Positions 46,086-56,409 of a stretch of 64,000 nt of DNA are shown in pieces. Source of the stretch: a virus. The position numbers and the translations under genes were made by a program. The stretch's first letter is position 1. Each line of letters begins with the position of its first letter. The DNA lies in the IMG/VR virus record IMGVR_UViG_3300009151_000031. One strand, written 5' to 3'. The notes under the pieces were generated by a model that saw nothing but the letters and a program-made list of their open reading frames with translations, did not search any database and had not been told where the DNA came from.

Positions 46086-49000
46086 ATGGCACTAGTATCC
46101 CCAGGAGTATCGATCAGTATTAATGATCAGAGTCAATATGTTGCAAGCAATGTAGGTTCTGTTCCATTAGTTATCTTGGCAACTGCTCAAGATAAAACAT
46201 ATAACAATTCCGCCGCAACTGGCACAAGCAAAGCCAATGCTGGTAAGCTACAAGCGTTTACAAGTCAACGTGACTTGATTACAGCAATGGGCACACCAAC
46301 ATTCCAACTTAGCGCCGCTGGCACACCATTAAATGGTAGCGAGCTAAACGAATACGGTCTGTTAACAGCATATTCAGCACTAGGTTTAAGCAATCAGTTA
46401 TTTGCTATTCGTGCAGATGTTAACCTAAACGAGCTTGTTGGTACAAGCAATCGTCCAGTTGGCATGGTTGACGATGGCACCTATTGGTTAGACTTGGCCA
46501 ACACAGATTTTGGTATTTACAGTTCAAACGGAACTACACCTGCATCATTTACTAGCGTTAGTCCATTATTAATTACTGATACATCACAAGTAGTTAATAT
46601 TAGCGATATTCCGACTCCAATTGCGGCAATTGGCGCACAAGGTAGCTATGCATTAGTATTTGTTGGAGTAAATAATGCTCCAGTAACAGCCGTGCGTTTG
46701 TTCTACAAAGCCACCGCAGTCAACAGCGCAAGCCTAACAAACAGCTGGGTACAAGTTGGTTCCACAGCATGGCAAACCAGTACTGTCACAGTACAAGGAA
46801 ATATTCCTAGCCCAACAGTACCAACAAGTGCTTCATTTAAAATTAACAACGTAACTATTAACACTAGCGCAATTAATGCTACTGTTGGTGCATTAGCAAC
46901 GGCTATTAACACAGCCGCAGTCACTGGCGTTACTGCATTAGCAGTACCTGGACAAGGTCTAGCATTATTTGCCACAAGTGCTGCCGGCACTAATTTGGGC
47001 ACAATGACATTATCTAACGATGCATCTGGTGTATTTGCTTCTTGCGGTATTACTTTATCTACATACCATGCACCTATTATGTCTTACGGTACATTTGCAC
47101 AAGAACCAAGTGCAGGTTGGTCGGCATATCCAGCTGGTACAATTTGGTGGAAAACAACTGCAACAGGTAGTGGTTTTAGCCCAGCACTTAAAAAATACAG
47201 CATGTCCAAGGATTCGTGGCAAGCTATTCCGGCCCCAATGTATGATTACCCACCCAGTGCAATTTATGGCCTAGATCCAATTGGTGGCGGCGCAAATCTT
47301 GTACACGGTCAAGTAGTTTCTTTCTTTGGTGCTACTGATTCAACTGCTAATAGATTAAGTTTTAGCGAGCAACAGGTAGGAACACAAACGGTTGCCACTG
47401 GTGGTACACCAACTGCGTTCCCGGGAACAGGTTCGTTTACTATCCAAGCAACTGCACCAGGAACTCCAAATATGAGTTCAGCAGTTACTATTAGCCCAAC
47501 ATCTGGCGCAAGCGGATTCGTTACTGCAATTTTAGCGGCTAACATTCCTTACGTTACAGCACAATCTAATACTGATGGTACAGTAAGCGTTATCCATACC
47601 AAAGGCGGACATATCGTTCTAGCTCAAGTAACTGGTACGAACTTAGCTAATGCTGGATTTGTTACAGGTAGCGGATCAGGCTTTGTAGTACTAGACAACG
47701 GAAACATTGCTGTTAACAATTGGAACGGTATTACACGTTCTGTTGTTTACAGTTCAACAGAGCCATATGCCGCCCCAGCAGATGGCACACTATGGTACTA
47801 CAGCAATCCAACAGACATCGATGTAATGATCAGTGATGTTGGTGGGTGGAAAGGTTACAAAAACGTTTCTGCAGATATTCGTGGTTACAACTTAGGAAAC
47901 ACAGATCCAGCAGGTGTTATCGTGTCTGGAACACAACCAACTAGCCAATCTGACAGCTCAATATTAGAAGCTGGCGACTTATGGTTGGATACATCAGACT
48001 TAGTAAACTTCCCGGCTCTATCACGTTACAATGGTACTGCATGGGTAGCAATTGATAACACTGATCATATTAGCAACAATGGTATTATTTTTGCTGATGC
48101 ACGGTGGGACGGTACAGCCGGCAGTTCAGTTGGTAATACCACTGATGTTGCCGCAGGCGTATTGCCTTCAACAGTTACACTATTAACAAGTAATCATACT
48201 GATGTTGATTGCCCAGATTATCGTTTATATCCACGTGGAACAATCTTGTTCAACACACGTCGTTCAGGCTACAACATTAAGAAATTTGTAGGCAATTACT
48301 TTACTCAGTTCTCTGGCACGTCCGGATATGTAGTTAAAGATGCTTGGGTTAGTGTAAGTGGTCTTAAAGAAGATGGTACTATGTATGCTGGTTCCGCCGC
48401 ACAACGTAACATTGTTGTTGCCGCAATGAAATCAGCTGTTGACAGCAACACTGATGTACTAGATGCAAACTATAATTTTAACTTGTTAGTTGCTCCTGGT
48501 TATCCAGAGTTAATTCCTAACTTGGTAACATTAAACAACAACCGTACAAGTACAGGTTTTATTATCGGTGACACGCCAATGACATTGGCACCAAACGTAA
48601 CTGATATTACAGCATGGGAAAGTAACAAAAATGGTAACGGACTAGCAACAGCTAGCCCATATCTAGGTGTATATTACCCAGCTGGTTTAACAAACGACTT
48701 GGCAGGCAACACAGTAGCAGTACCAGCAAGTCACGCAGTATTACGTACATTCTTGTACAATGACCAAGTTGCATATCAGTGGTTTGCTCCAGCTGGTGTT
48801 AACCGTGGCCTAGTAAGCAACCTAAGTGACATTGGTTACGTTGATATCAACTCAGGTGCATTTGTACACAACGGTGTTAACCAAGGTCTACGTGATGCAT
48901 TGTACAGTATTAACGTTAACCCAATTACACAATTGCCTGGCACAGGATTAGTTGTATGGGGTCAAGAAACACGTAGTGGTGCTGAAACAGCACGTAATCG

Positions 49001-49328
49001 TGTAAACGTTGTTCGCTTAGAAAACTACTTACGTACAATCTTTGCCACAATCAGCAATGGCTTCTTGTTTGAACCAAACGATACAATTACACGTAAGAGT
49101 ATTGCAACTCAAATTGAAAGCGCATGTAACGATTTATTAAGCAAGCGTGGTCTATATGACTTCTTAGTAATCTGCGACACAAGTAATAACACACCAAGCA
49201 CTATTGCTAATAATCAACTGTATGTTGACGTAGCAATTGAGCCAATGCGTGATGTTGAGTTTATCTACATTCCAATTGCGTTATACAATCCCGGAACTGT
49301 AAAACAGCTTGGTGCAAGTTCAACTTAA
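46086..49328 (+). CDS. gp18: Tail sheath protein (1080 aa, with a large insertion)
   Basis: MALVSPGVSISINDQS, LNEYGL, WFAPAGVNRG, LYSINVNPI, VWGQET...RVNVVRL...FEPND, DFLVICDTSNNT, VEFIYIP. Confidence 0.93.
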   Translation: MALVSPGVSISINDQSQYVASNVGSVPLVILATAQDKTYNNSAATGTSKANAGKLQAFTSQRDLITAMGTPTFQLSAAGTPLNGSELNEYGLLTAYSALGLSNQLFAIRADVNLNELVGTSNRPVGMVDDGTYWLDLANTDFGIYSSNGTTPASFTSVSPLLITDTSQVVNISDIPTPIAAIGAQGSYALVFVGVNNAPVTAVRLFYKATAVNSASLTNSWVQVGSTAWQTSTVTVQGNIPSPTVPTSASFKINNVTINTSAINATVGALATAINTAAVTGVTALAVPGQGLALFATSAAGTNLGTMTLSNDASGVFASCGITLSTYHAPIMSYGTFAQEPSAGWSAYPAGTIWWKTTATGSGFSPALKKYSMSKDSWQAIPAPMYDYPPSAIYGLDPIGGGANLVHGQVVSFFGATDSTANRLSFSEQQVGTQTVATGGTPTAFPGTGSFTIQATAPGTPNMSSAVTISPTSGASGFVTAILAANIPYVTAQSNTDGTVSVIHTKGGHIVLAQVTGTNLANAGFVTGSGSGFVVLDNGNIAVNNWNGITRSVVYSSTEPYAAPADGTLWYYSNPTDIDVMISDVGGWKGYKNVSADIRGYNLGNTDPAGVIVSGTQPTSQSDSSILEAGDLWLDTSDLVNFPALSRYNGTAWVAIDNTDHISNNGIIFADARWDGTAGSSVGNTTDVAAGVLPSTVTLLTSNHTDVDCPDYRLYPRGTILFNTRRSGYNIKKFVGNYFTQFSGTSGYVVKDAWVSVSGLKEDGTMYAGSAAQRNIVVAAMKSAVDSNTDVLDANYNFNLLVAPGYPELIPNLVTLNNNRTSTGFIIGDTPMTLAPNVTDITAWESNKNGNGLATASPYLGVYYPAGLTNDLAGNTVAVPASHAVLRTFLYNDQVAYQWFAPAGVNRGLVSNLSDIGYVDINSGAFVHNGVNQGLRDALYSINVNPITQLPGTGLVVWGQETRSGAETARNRVNVVRLENYLRTIFATISNGFLFEPNDTITRKSIATQIESACNDLLSKRGLYDFLVICDTSNNTPSTIANNQLYVDVAIEPMRDVEFIYIPIALYNPGTVKQLGASST

Positions 49329-49361
49329 GAATATAGATAAATAAGAGTATAGGAGAATATT

Positions 49362-49976
49362 ATGGCCGTAGCAAGTTTAAGTAAGTTTACAGTTCCTTTA
49401 GCGAACAACCAGTCAGCAGACAATCAAGGTCTGTTAATGCCAAAATTATCGTATCGCTTCCGTGCGAACTTTATCAACTTTGGCGTTACAAACCAAACAA
49501 ACGAATTGACTAAGCAGGTTGTTGATATCAAGCGTCCAAACGTAAACTTTACACCAATTACACTTGATGTTTACAACAGTAAGGTATACTTACAAGGTAA
49601 ACCAGAGTGGCAAGAAACAACAATCAACTTACGTGATGACAGCACCGGTGCAGTTAGTAAGTTAGTTGGGCAACAAGTTCAGAAACAGTATGACTTTATG
49701 GAACAAGCTAGTGCGGCAGCTGGTATTAACTACAAGTTCCAACTAACATACGAAATGTTAGATGGCGGCAATGGTACAGTTATGCCTAATGTTCTTGAAG
49801 CATGGGAATTAGACGGTTGCTTCCTAAGTCAAGTTGACTGGGGTTCAATGGACTACAAGAGTAACGATCCAGTGCAAATCGCTTTAACAATTCGCTTCGA
49901 CAATGCTATTCAAACAGTTGGTGGCGGCGTTGGTACTAGCGTAGTTAGCATGACACCTGGTTCTAGTGTAAACTAA
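49362..49976 (+). CDS. gp19: Tail tube protein
   Basis: YRFRANF, VDIKRPN...YLQGKPEWQETTINLRDD, WELDGCF...DY...IRFD. Directly after the sheath gene. Confidence 0.88.
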   Translation: MAVASLSKFTVPLANNQSADNQGLLMPKLSYRFRANFINFGVTNQTNELTKQVVDIKRPNVNFTPITLDVYNSKVYLQGKPEWQETTINLRDDSTGAVSKLVGQQVQKQYDFMEQASAAAGINYKFQLTYEMLDGGNGTVMPNVLEAWELDGCFLSQVDWGSMDYKSNDPVQIALTIRFDNAIQTVGGGVGTSVVSMTPGSSVN

Positions 49977-49996
49977 TTAGTCGTTTTAAATAAACT

Positions 49997-50024
49997 AAAC
50001 CCGGATTAAAACCCGGGTTTTTTT
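49997..50024 (+). terminator. Intrinsic terminator
   Basis: AAACCCGG...CCGGGTTT followed by further Ts. Confidence 0.8.
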
Positions 50025-50041
50025 ATGGCATAAATATTAGT

Positions 50042-51481
50042 ATGAACCAACAACCGCAAGAAACTATTTTACGTAGCTATCAACATGGTAAGAAAATATT
50101 TGTTGATAGTAACTTCCGACTGAGTCCCAAGTATGGTTTTTTATTCTATGTTGAGTTTGACTTCAATCCGCTAATTACTGAAATTAGCAATCAAGCCGCG
50201 CAAGAACTAGGCATGGTAGTTAAGTCAGTGTCGTTGCCAAAATTTTCAATTGATACCAAAGTACATAATGCGTATAATCGCAGAAATCTTGTACAGAACA
50301 AAATTAACTATGATCCAGTAAACATTAGTTTCCGTGATGACCAAGCAGATAACGTAAAACAATTTTGGTATGACTACTATAGTTATTTCTATCGCGACCC
50401 AGACTATGCTGACGCAACATATTCGGCACAGCACAAATATCAAAGCCGTCCAAGTTTTGACTGGGGATACAGTCCACGACCAGCAGTAGGATACAATAAT
50501 GCAAATGGTACACAACCAGTACAGTATATACAAGCAATAAGAATTTATAGTTTATACCAAGGTAACTTTAGCGAATACCAATTAGTCAATCCAATGATTA
50601 CTAGATTTGCTCATAGTGATCACGACATTAGCAACAGTGATTTTATGTCAATGGACATGACAGTAAACTATGAAACCGTGAAATACTTAGAAGGAAAAGT
50701 TACAAACAATACAGTGGGTGGATTCATGGATTTGCATTACGATACTACACCAAGTCCATACCCTAGTTACCCAGGCACTACACAAAATGCTCCGCAATCT
50801 AGCTCTAACACAAATCAAATAACAGATTTAGCCAACAATCAAACGGCTATCATGCCATTTATTCGCAGTGACGTTGCGCTACAAGCGGCCAGCGGAAACC
50901 CGTCTAATGCAGTTGCACCATTATTTAATCAAGTAACTAACGGCATGGCAGGCGGCGGAAATGGTGGCGGTTATAGTATACCAAGTCTTGGCAGCTTAAC
51001 ACAAGGTGTTACTGGTAGTGCGGTGCTAGGACAACAATTACAATCTGCTGGTATTGGCCTAGTAGGAAGTGCTACCAGTACATTAGCAAACGGTATTACC
51101 GGCGCAATAGCAAAAGGGCTTGGGCCCAATGGTTCAAGTATTGTGGGTATGGCCGCAAGTATTATTGCTAATCCAAATCAAGCATTAAAGACTATTGAAA
51201 ACATGGCTACCTCATTGGTACTTGGTATTGGTATGAATTATTTAAATACAAAAATTGCAGAAGGGGTAGGAATATTATCGGGGGGTATTGAAAAAGGTGT
51301 AGCTGGTGGTGTAACCTCGTTATCAACAGCATGGGGTGATTCGTCGACTACACTTGGCGGTATAAACCTTGGAGTAAGTAATTTTCTTAACAACAATCTT
51401 CCGATTAATCTCAATACTAGTTTTGTGCCAGCCTCTCGGTTAGCGTTCGACCCATTGACTCATACTGATTCGGACTTCTAA
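50042..51481 (+). CDS. Tube-fold paralogue (gp48/gp54-like initiator) with a Gly/Ala-rich C-terminal extension
   Basis: VKSVSLPKFSIDT...YNRR...KINYDPVNISFRDD resembles the gp19 fold. Confidence 0.65.
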   Translation: MNQQPQETILRSYQHGKKIFVDSNFRLSPKYGFLFYVEFDFNPLITEISNQAAQELGMVVKSVSLPKFSIDTKVHNAYNRRNLVQNKINYDPVNISFRDDQADNVKQFWYDYYSYFYRDPDYADATYSAQHKYQSRPSFDWGYSPRPAVGYNNANGTQPVQYIQAIRIYSLYQGNFSEYQLVNPMITRFAHSDHDISNSDFMSMDMTVNYETVKYLEGKVTNNTVGGFMDLHYDTTPSPYPSYPGTTQNAPQSSSNTNQITDLANNQTAIMPFIRSDVALQAASGNPSNAVAPLFNQVTNGMAGGGNGGGYSIPSLGSLTQGVTGSAVLGQQLQSAGIGLVGSATSTLANGITGAIAKGLGPNGSSIVGMAASIIANPNQALKTIENMATSLVLGIGMNYLNTKIAEGVGILSGGIEKGVAGGVTSLSTAWGDSSTTLGGINLGVSNFLNNNLPINLNTSFVPASRLAFDPLTHTDSDF

Positions 51482-51483
51482 CT

Positions 51484-51885
51484 ATGTCATCTAATAGCCA
51501 GTCAACAACAGCAACGAACATAACGGCACCTGACCTTACTCCTGCGACCGCAAAAAACAAAGCACCAAAATATTTTAATAATTTTTATGCCACTCCGTTT
51601 AATGTAAGTGCAGGTACCAATGATGCTATTGTTGCATTCTTTGAAAAATATACTCAAAATGCCACTGCTGGAAAAAACATGGCATCGGCAGTATTGTATA
51701 CTGCAATGGCACAAAATATTGATCCAATGTCAGTACTAAGTGAATTTCAAAATTTACCTCGGGGCGAGTTAAATTCATACCTTGCGGCATTCCTAAATAT
51801 TAGTCGAGCACCCACTAGTAGCCTTGGTATTAACAACGGCACCAAAACAACCAGCACATATATATCTAGAAGTATTATTTTATAA
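51484..51885 (+). CDS. Hypothetical tail-associated protein
   Basis: Coupled between the tube paralogue and gp4. Confidence 0.68.
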   Translation: MSSNSQSTTATNITAPDLTPATAKNKAPKYFNNFYATPFNVSAGTNDAIVAFFEKYTQNATAGKNMASAVLYTAMAQNIDPMSVLSEFQNLPRGELNSYLAAFLNISRAPTSSLGINNGTKTTSTYISRSIIL

Positions 51886-52319
51886 TGTCCAAATACGCAC
51901 AAGGCAAATTTCAACTACAAAATCCAGCAAAGTATGTAGGCAACAAAACTCCAACTTATCGTAGTAGTTGGGAATTTGTGTTTATGCAATTTTGTGACAA
52001 CAATCCCAACATTATAAATTGGGCAAGCGAAGCAGTTCGAATCAACTACAAAAATCCATTAACTGGTAAAAATACAATTTATGTCCCAGATTTTTTAATT
52101 ACCTACGGTGATGCTACTGGCAAGCAACACGCCGAAGTAATTGAAATTAAACCCAAAAAGGAAACCACTTTGGAGGGTGCCAAGAACATTCGTGACCAGG
52201 CAAGTGCTATACTTAATATGGCAAAATGGGAAGCCGCCCGTGCCTGGTGCCGAGCTCACGGAGTTACCTTCCGGGTAGTTACGGAAGATATGATTTTCGC
52301 CCAGGGCCGCGGCAAATAA
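51885..52319 (+). CDS. gp4: Head completion nuclease (TnsA-like)
   Basis: QGKFQLQNPAKYVG...YRSSWE...FCDNNPNIINWASE...YVPDF...IEIKP. Confidence 0.88.
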   Translation: MSKYAQGKFQLQNPAKYVGNKTPTYRSSWEFVFMQFCDNNPNIINWASEAVRINYKNPLTGKNTIYVPDFLITYGDATGKQHAEVIEIKPKKETTLEGAKNIRDQASAILNMAKWEAARAWCRAHGVTFRVVTEDMIFAQGRGK

Positions 52320-52327
52320 ATATTGGT

Positions 52328-52825
52328 ATGACTAAAAAATTAGAATCACTATTTAACTTACCCCCAGAAACCAACATAGATATTACAGTTGAAGAAAGCA
52401 CAAGTTTTGTTGAGCAAAATCGCGAGCTAATACTTGATGTTGATAATGCTATTGATCGAATAGATGCGGCCCTGCCCACAGTACACGATTTAGATACCGG
52501 CGATGCTGAATTAGATGTACTGGCTAAACTAGCACAAAGTAAAGCTGAAGATCTAATAGATTTGGGTATGAATGTAGAACCACGTTTTTCAGGTGTTATA
52601 CTACAAACAGCCGGTATTATGTTAGGGCATGCCATTACAGCTAAAACAGCTAAACTAGATAAGAAGCTTAAAATGGTACAGTTACAGTTAGCTAAGGCTA
52701 AACTAGATCACCAAATTAAAAAAGACGCTGGCACACCAGAAGAACAGGCAGTAGAAGGCCACGGTGTAGTACTAGATCGCAATGATTTACTAAAACAGAT
52801 ACTTGCAAACAAGCCCAGCAAATAA
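52328..52825 (+). CDS. Putative terminase small subunit (gp16-like)
   Basis: Helical 165-aa protein. Start reassigned to the ATG 5 nt after TAAATA. Position and composition fit, but no strict motif was recognised. Confidence 0.45.
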   Translation: MTKKLESLFNLPPETNIDITVEESTSFVEQNRELILDVDNAIDRIDAALPTVHDLDTGDAELDVLAKLAQSKAEDLIDLGMNVEPRFSGVILQTAGIMLGHAITAKTAKLDKKLKMVQLQLAKAKLDHQIKKDAGTPEEQAVEGHGVVLDRNDLLKQILANKPSK

Positions 52826-52864
52826 GCCATCAGAGCTAAATATACAATATACAGGATTAATACA

Positions 52865-53452
52865 ATGTTAAAGCCATTCCAAACTTACATTTTTGAACTA
52901 AGCAAGCCAAGCGAGTTCCGCATTAAATTAGCCGGCATCAACCCAACTGGTGAAGTAATGGACAAAATTAAAAATGCGCTTGAAGCATACCAACTTGAAA
53001 GCGTAAGTGCTGTTAAAAGTTTACCAATCCAAGAACACCGTGACTTCCCACAATGGGGCGGCCCATGCGAAGCATACCAATTTGATGTTACATTAACATA
53101 CCCAACTACAAACATTGTAGTACGTCAACTTATTAAAGAACGTGCTGGCATTAATGTTGATTGGATTAATGTACGTAATTTAAATGAAGCAAACTATACC
53201 GACGAAGCCGAAGCAAATGGTAAAGACCATGAAGGCGCCTTACTAGACGAAACTGAATTAAAAGATGCGCCAGACGCACAAGCACTAGCTGGCCAAAGTC
53301 GTATTGGTAGTTTATTAAAAGAATTAGAATCTCGCAAGTTTGAGTTTGCCCAGGAAAGTAAAGAAGCTGGTAAGACAACAAACAATGCTCCAATGGGTGA
53401 CAAAAGTCCAGTTGGAACAACGCAAAATAAAGTTTATAAAGTAAAAGGTTAA
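52865..53452 (+). CDS. Hypothetical protein, possible internal head protein
   Basis: TAAATA box and SD AGGA. N-terminus MLKPFQTYIFE. Confidence 0.7.
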   Translation: MLKPFQTYIFELSKPSEFRIKLAGINPTGEVMDKIKNALEAYQLESVSAVKSLPIQEHRDFPQWGGPCEAYQFDVTLTYPTTNIVVRQLIKERAGINVDWINVRNLNEANYTDEAEANGKDHEGALLDETELKDAPDAQALAGQSRIGSLLKELESRKFEFAQESKEAGKTTNNAPMGDKSPVGTTQNKVYKVKG

Positions 53453-53456
53453 GACA

Positions 53457-55454
53457 ATGAGCAAGAACCACCCAAACGATAATATGTATTCCATTCTTGG
53501 AAAACTAGAGGCACTAAAGCCAACACCTGAAGAGAAGCGTTTTGCTCTTGTAAAAGAAATTCGCGAAAGTGTTGAAGCTAAGGGCTCTGTACTACAGGGT
53601 GTTGATGCTGTTCAAGCTCGTCTAGCGAAACAATTTTCTGAAACAACTACTAACGAAGCTATTCGTGTTGCTGGCAATACAAAAGGTCCAGTTGGTCATT
53701 ACTCGCAAATGAAACATGTTGGTAAAGATGGTAGTCCCGAAGCACAATCACATCGTGATGCTACTGCTGGCATGGCCCGGTCGGCACGTGCCGCTGGTAG
53801 CAAATTACCTTTTAACAAAACAACAGAGCCAACGGGTAAACTTGCCCCGGGTGGTTACAATGCAATGACCAAAGGTGTTACACCTATTAGAACTAGCACA
53901 GAAGAATGTGCTATGTGCGAATCTGGTAACTGCGAAGAACACGGAATGGTTGAGGGCGAAACAACATACAAAAACGGTGTAACTACACATCGTAAAACAG
54001 ATTTCCCAGGATATCCAGTTGATGACAATGATGATATCGAAGATACAAACAAAGGCAAGCGCGGCCGCCCACGCAAGCATGCCGTTAAAGTAGCTAAGAC
54101 TGATGCCGAAGGCAATAAACTAGGACGCGGTCGTCCAGCTAAAGTTAAAGCACCAACATACACTAAGATGTCCGATCCATTTGGACGTACAACAGGTGCT
54201 GTTCCTAAACCTAAAGTTAAAGGTCGTGTACATACATTAGACGAAGCAATGTCTATGGTAGAAACAAATTTAACTGAAGGCCGCCATATGGTCGACGAGT
54301 CAGGCGAAACACTAAAACATATTTTAAATCGTTTCAAACATGAAGTTAAATCATTCGAAGAGGGACACGATCTAGGCGATCTTTTGTTTGATGCATTGTT
54401 TGATTACTATTGTGACAATGGCGAAATGCCATACGGTACAGCTAAAGCACGTGATGGAGACCCATACGAATGGATCTCAGACCGTTTACATCAAGAATTG
54501 GGTACAGACGAAGCAATTGATCCCGCTAACCCACGTGACTATGACATTCCGGCATATATGCGTAAGGCATCTGGACAAGCACCGTTAACACAACGTGATG
54601 TTATGCAAAAAGATAAAAAGCCAGAACATGATTTTTATCAACGTCGTACAGGTGAAACACATCCAGACGCATTAAAAACTGAACTAGATGAACTAGCTCA
54701 ACTAGCTGGTTTAAAAACTGAAGGCAATGCGTTCAGCGGCAAATTAGCTAACACAGCCAAAGGCGATAGTTTTGAGCAAGATGGTGAAACATTTACCAAC
54801 AACAGCAGTATTGCTGATAAAGAATTAGACGAAGAAGAAACAGACGAAGGCAACGCATTTGGTCAAGCAGTACGTAATGCCAAATCTGATGGTGTACAAG
54901 CCGGCGAAAAAGTCAAAGTTGACGGAAAAGAAATTCCTGTAAAAGAAAGCATGGAACTGCCAGGCAGCGAAGAAAGCAACTTTAATATCAGCACAAGTTT
55001 AAGTAGCGATGGTAACAAAAACGTTACTGTTAGTGCTACAGGTGAACATGCCGCTAGTTTATTACAGATGTTACGTATAGCCGGTCTAGGCGATGGTGCT
55101 AAAGCACAAGAGCTACAAGCCGAACCAGAAATGGGCCAAGAAGAACCGGGCATTGAAGTTATTGGTATTGAGCCAGAACAAGAAGTCGACGAATCTGGAA
55201 TTGATGTTGACGATGCTGGCGCAAATCCTGTAAATGCACCCAATCCACAATATGCTAGCATGAAAGGTTCTACTATGGGACCAGGCGAGGGAGATGCCGG
55301 AGAGAAAGCAATGAATCCAGATCGCCCTACCAAGAACAACGGCGACAATGCATTAGCAACTCCTCCATCAAGAGCACAAAAAACTCTTATTGCAGTTTCT
55401 GCACTAGAATCAAAACTTGCCGCAGAATACGAAAGTATTAAGAAACTTAGCTAA
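53457..55454 (+). CDS. Large low-complexity protein with two AT-hook-like motifs; putative internal head protein
   Basis: KRGRPRKH and GRGRPAK, acidic blocks, repeated EGNAF, two LAG/IAG helices. Confidence 0.7.
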   Translation: MSKNHPNDNMYSILGKLEALKPTPEEKRFALVKEIRESVEAKGSVLQGVDAVQARLAKQFSETTTNEAIRVAGNTKGPVGHYSQMKHVGKDGSPEAQSHRDATAGMARSARAAGSKLPFNKTTEPTGKLAPGGYNAMTKGVTPIRTSTEECAMCESGNCEEHGMVEGETTYKNGVTTHRKTDFPGYPVDDNDDIEDTNKGKRGRPRKHAVKVAKTDAEGNKLGRGRPAKVKAPTYTKMSDPFGRTTGAVPKPKVKGRVHTLDEAMSMVETNLTEGRHMVDESGETLKHILNRFKHEVKSFEEGHDLGDLLFDALFDYYCDNGEMPYGTAKARDGDPYEWISDRLHQELGTDEAIDPANPRDYDIPAYMRKASGQAPLTQRDVMQKDKKPEHDFYQRRTGETHPDALKTELDELAQLAGLKTEGNAFSGKLANTAKGDSFEQDGETFTNNSSIADKELDEEETDEGNAFGQAVRNAKSDGVQAGEKVKVDGKEIPVKESMELPGSEESNFNISTSLSSDGNKNVTVSATGEHAASLLQMLRIAGLGDGAKAQELQAEPEMGQEEPGIEVIGIEPEQEVDESGIDVDDAGANPVNAPNPQYASMKGSTMGPGEGDAGEKAMNPDRPTKNNGDNALATPPSRAQKTLIAVSALESKLAAEYESIKKLS

Positions 55455-55882
55455 TGAAACAATATAGAATCACCAGTGAACACTTTGTACCACAAGGCGA
55501 AACTGGTGATGCCGATGCTTTCATTGACCCCACAGAATTAAACGAACTCAAACGCCTAGCGGGCTTACCATTTAGTATTGGCGAGTCAACTGGTAATATG
55601 AGCCAACCTGGTCCTGTAGGTGGCATGTTGGATCAAGTTCCGCAAGCTGGAGAAAATGGTATTGTTAGTCCTGTGGGCACAACAGATCAGGCCAATGCTG
55701 GTAGCAATATCAGTTATACTGCACAAGAGCGCAATGCACTAGAAGCAGAATACTGTGCCAAACCCGGCGATGACCTATGGTTTATAATTAACTTTAGTCG
55801 ACCATTCTTAAATGGTAGCCTGCGTGACAAGTGTGAAGACTATCTTCAAGCCCACCCAGAATATCGGCCGCGCACTCGTTAA
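55454..55882 (+). CDS. Hypothetical protein with an ELKRLAGL motif
   Basis: Overlapping stop/start (TAATG) with the upstream gene. Confidence 0.7.
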   Translation: MKQYRITSEHFVPQGETGDADAFIDPTELNELKRLAGLPFSIGESTGNMSQPGPVGGMLDQVPQAGENGIVSPVGTTDQANAGSNISYTAQERNALEAEYCAKPGDDLWFIINFSRPFLNGSLRDKCEDYLQAHPEYRPRTR

Positions 55883-56409
55883 GCCGCGTCTAACTCGGGT
55901 CTTCCAAGGTACTGATACCAACTATCTTGTTTGACACTAAACGGCATTTTCTTCCACTGGTTAACAAGACTATAATAATCAGGCTTGTATGGTTTAATCA
56001 ACGGTTTAATCAATTTACTACCCTTGGCATGATTACATGATTTACAACTGGTAACACAGTTTTCCCATTGGGTCTTGCCACCACCGCTACGTGGGATAAC
56101 GTGATCAATGGTTAAATCTTCATAATCAAACACATCGTCGCAATATTGACATTTGAATAAATCACGCATATATAAGTTATATCTGCTAAATTTAACAGAT
56201 TTTTTATAATGGAAATAATCTTTGGTCACGCAGATACTAGGAACATTTATAGCTAAACGTTCGCTGTGTAGTATCCAGTCTGGATAGGTTTCGATAACAT
56301 GAACCTTTCCCAAGTACATTAGCTTTATGGCATGCTGCCAGTTAATGACACTTAGGGGTAGTACGCTGATTGGTTCGTAGTTGCTGTTAAGTAGTAGTGT
56401 GTCTGACAT
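55879..56409 (-). CDS. HNH endonuclease
   Basis: LLLNSNYEP N-terminus, RDLFKCQYC...LTIDHVIPRSGGG...NCVTSCKSCNHAKG. Confidence 0.92.
   Translation of the reverse strand: MSDTLLLNSNYEPISVLPLSVINWQHAIKLMYLGKVHVIETYPDWILHSERLAINVPSICVTKDYFHYKKSVKFSRYNLYMRDLFKCQYCDDVFDYEDLTIDHVIPRSGGGKTQWENCVTSCKSCNHAKGSKLIKPLIKPYKPDYYSLVNQWKKMPFSVKQDSWYQYLGRPELDAA

Noticed and set aside
52226-52327. N-terminal extension of the 199-aa ORF
   Set aside because: It overlaps gp4. The ATG at 52328 lies 5 nt after a TAAATA box and is the more plausible start.
55879-56409. IscB/Cas9-like RNA-guided nuclease
   Set aside because: Only 176 aa, no RuvC motifs and no room for an adjacent RNA.
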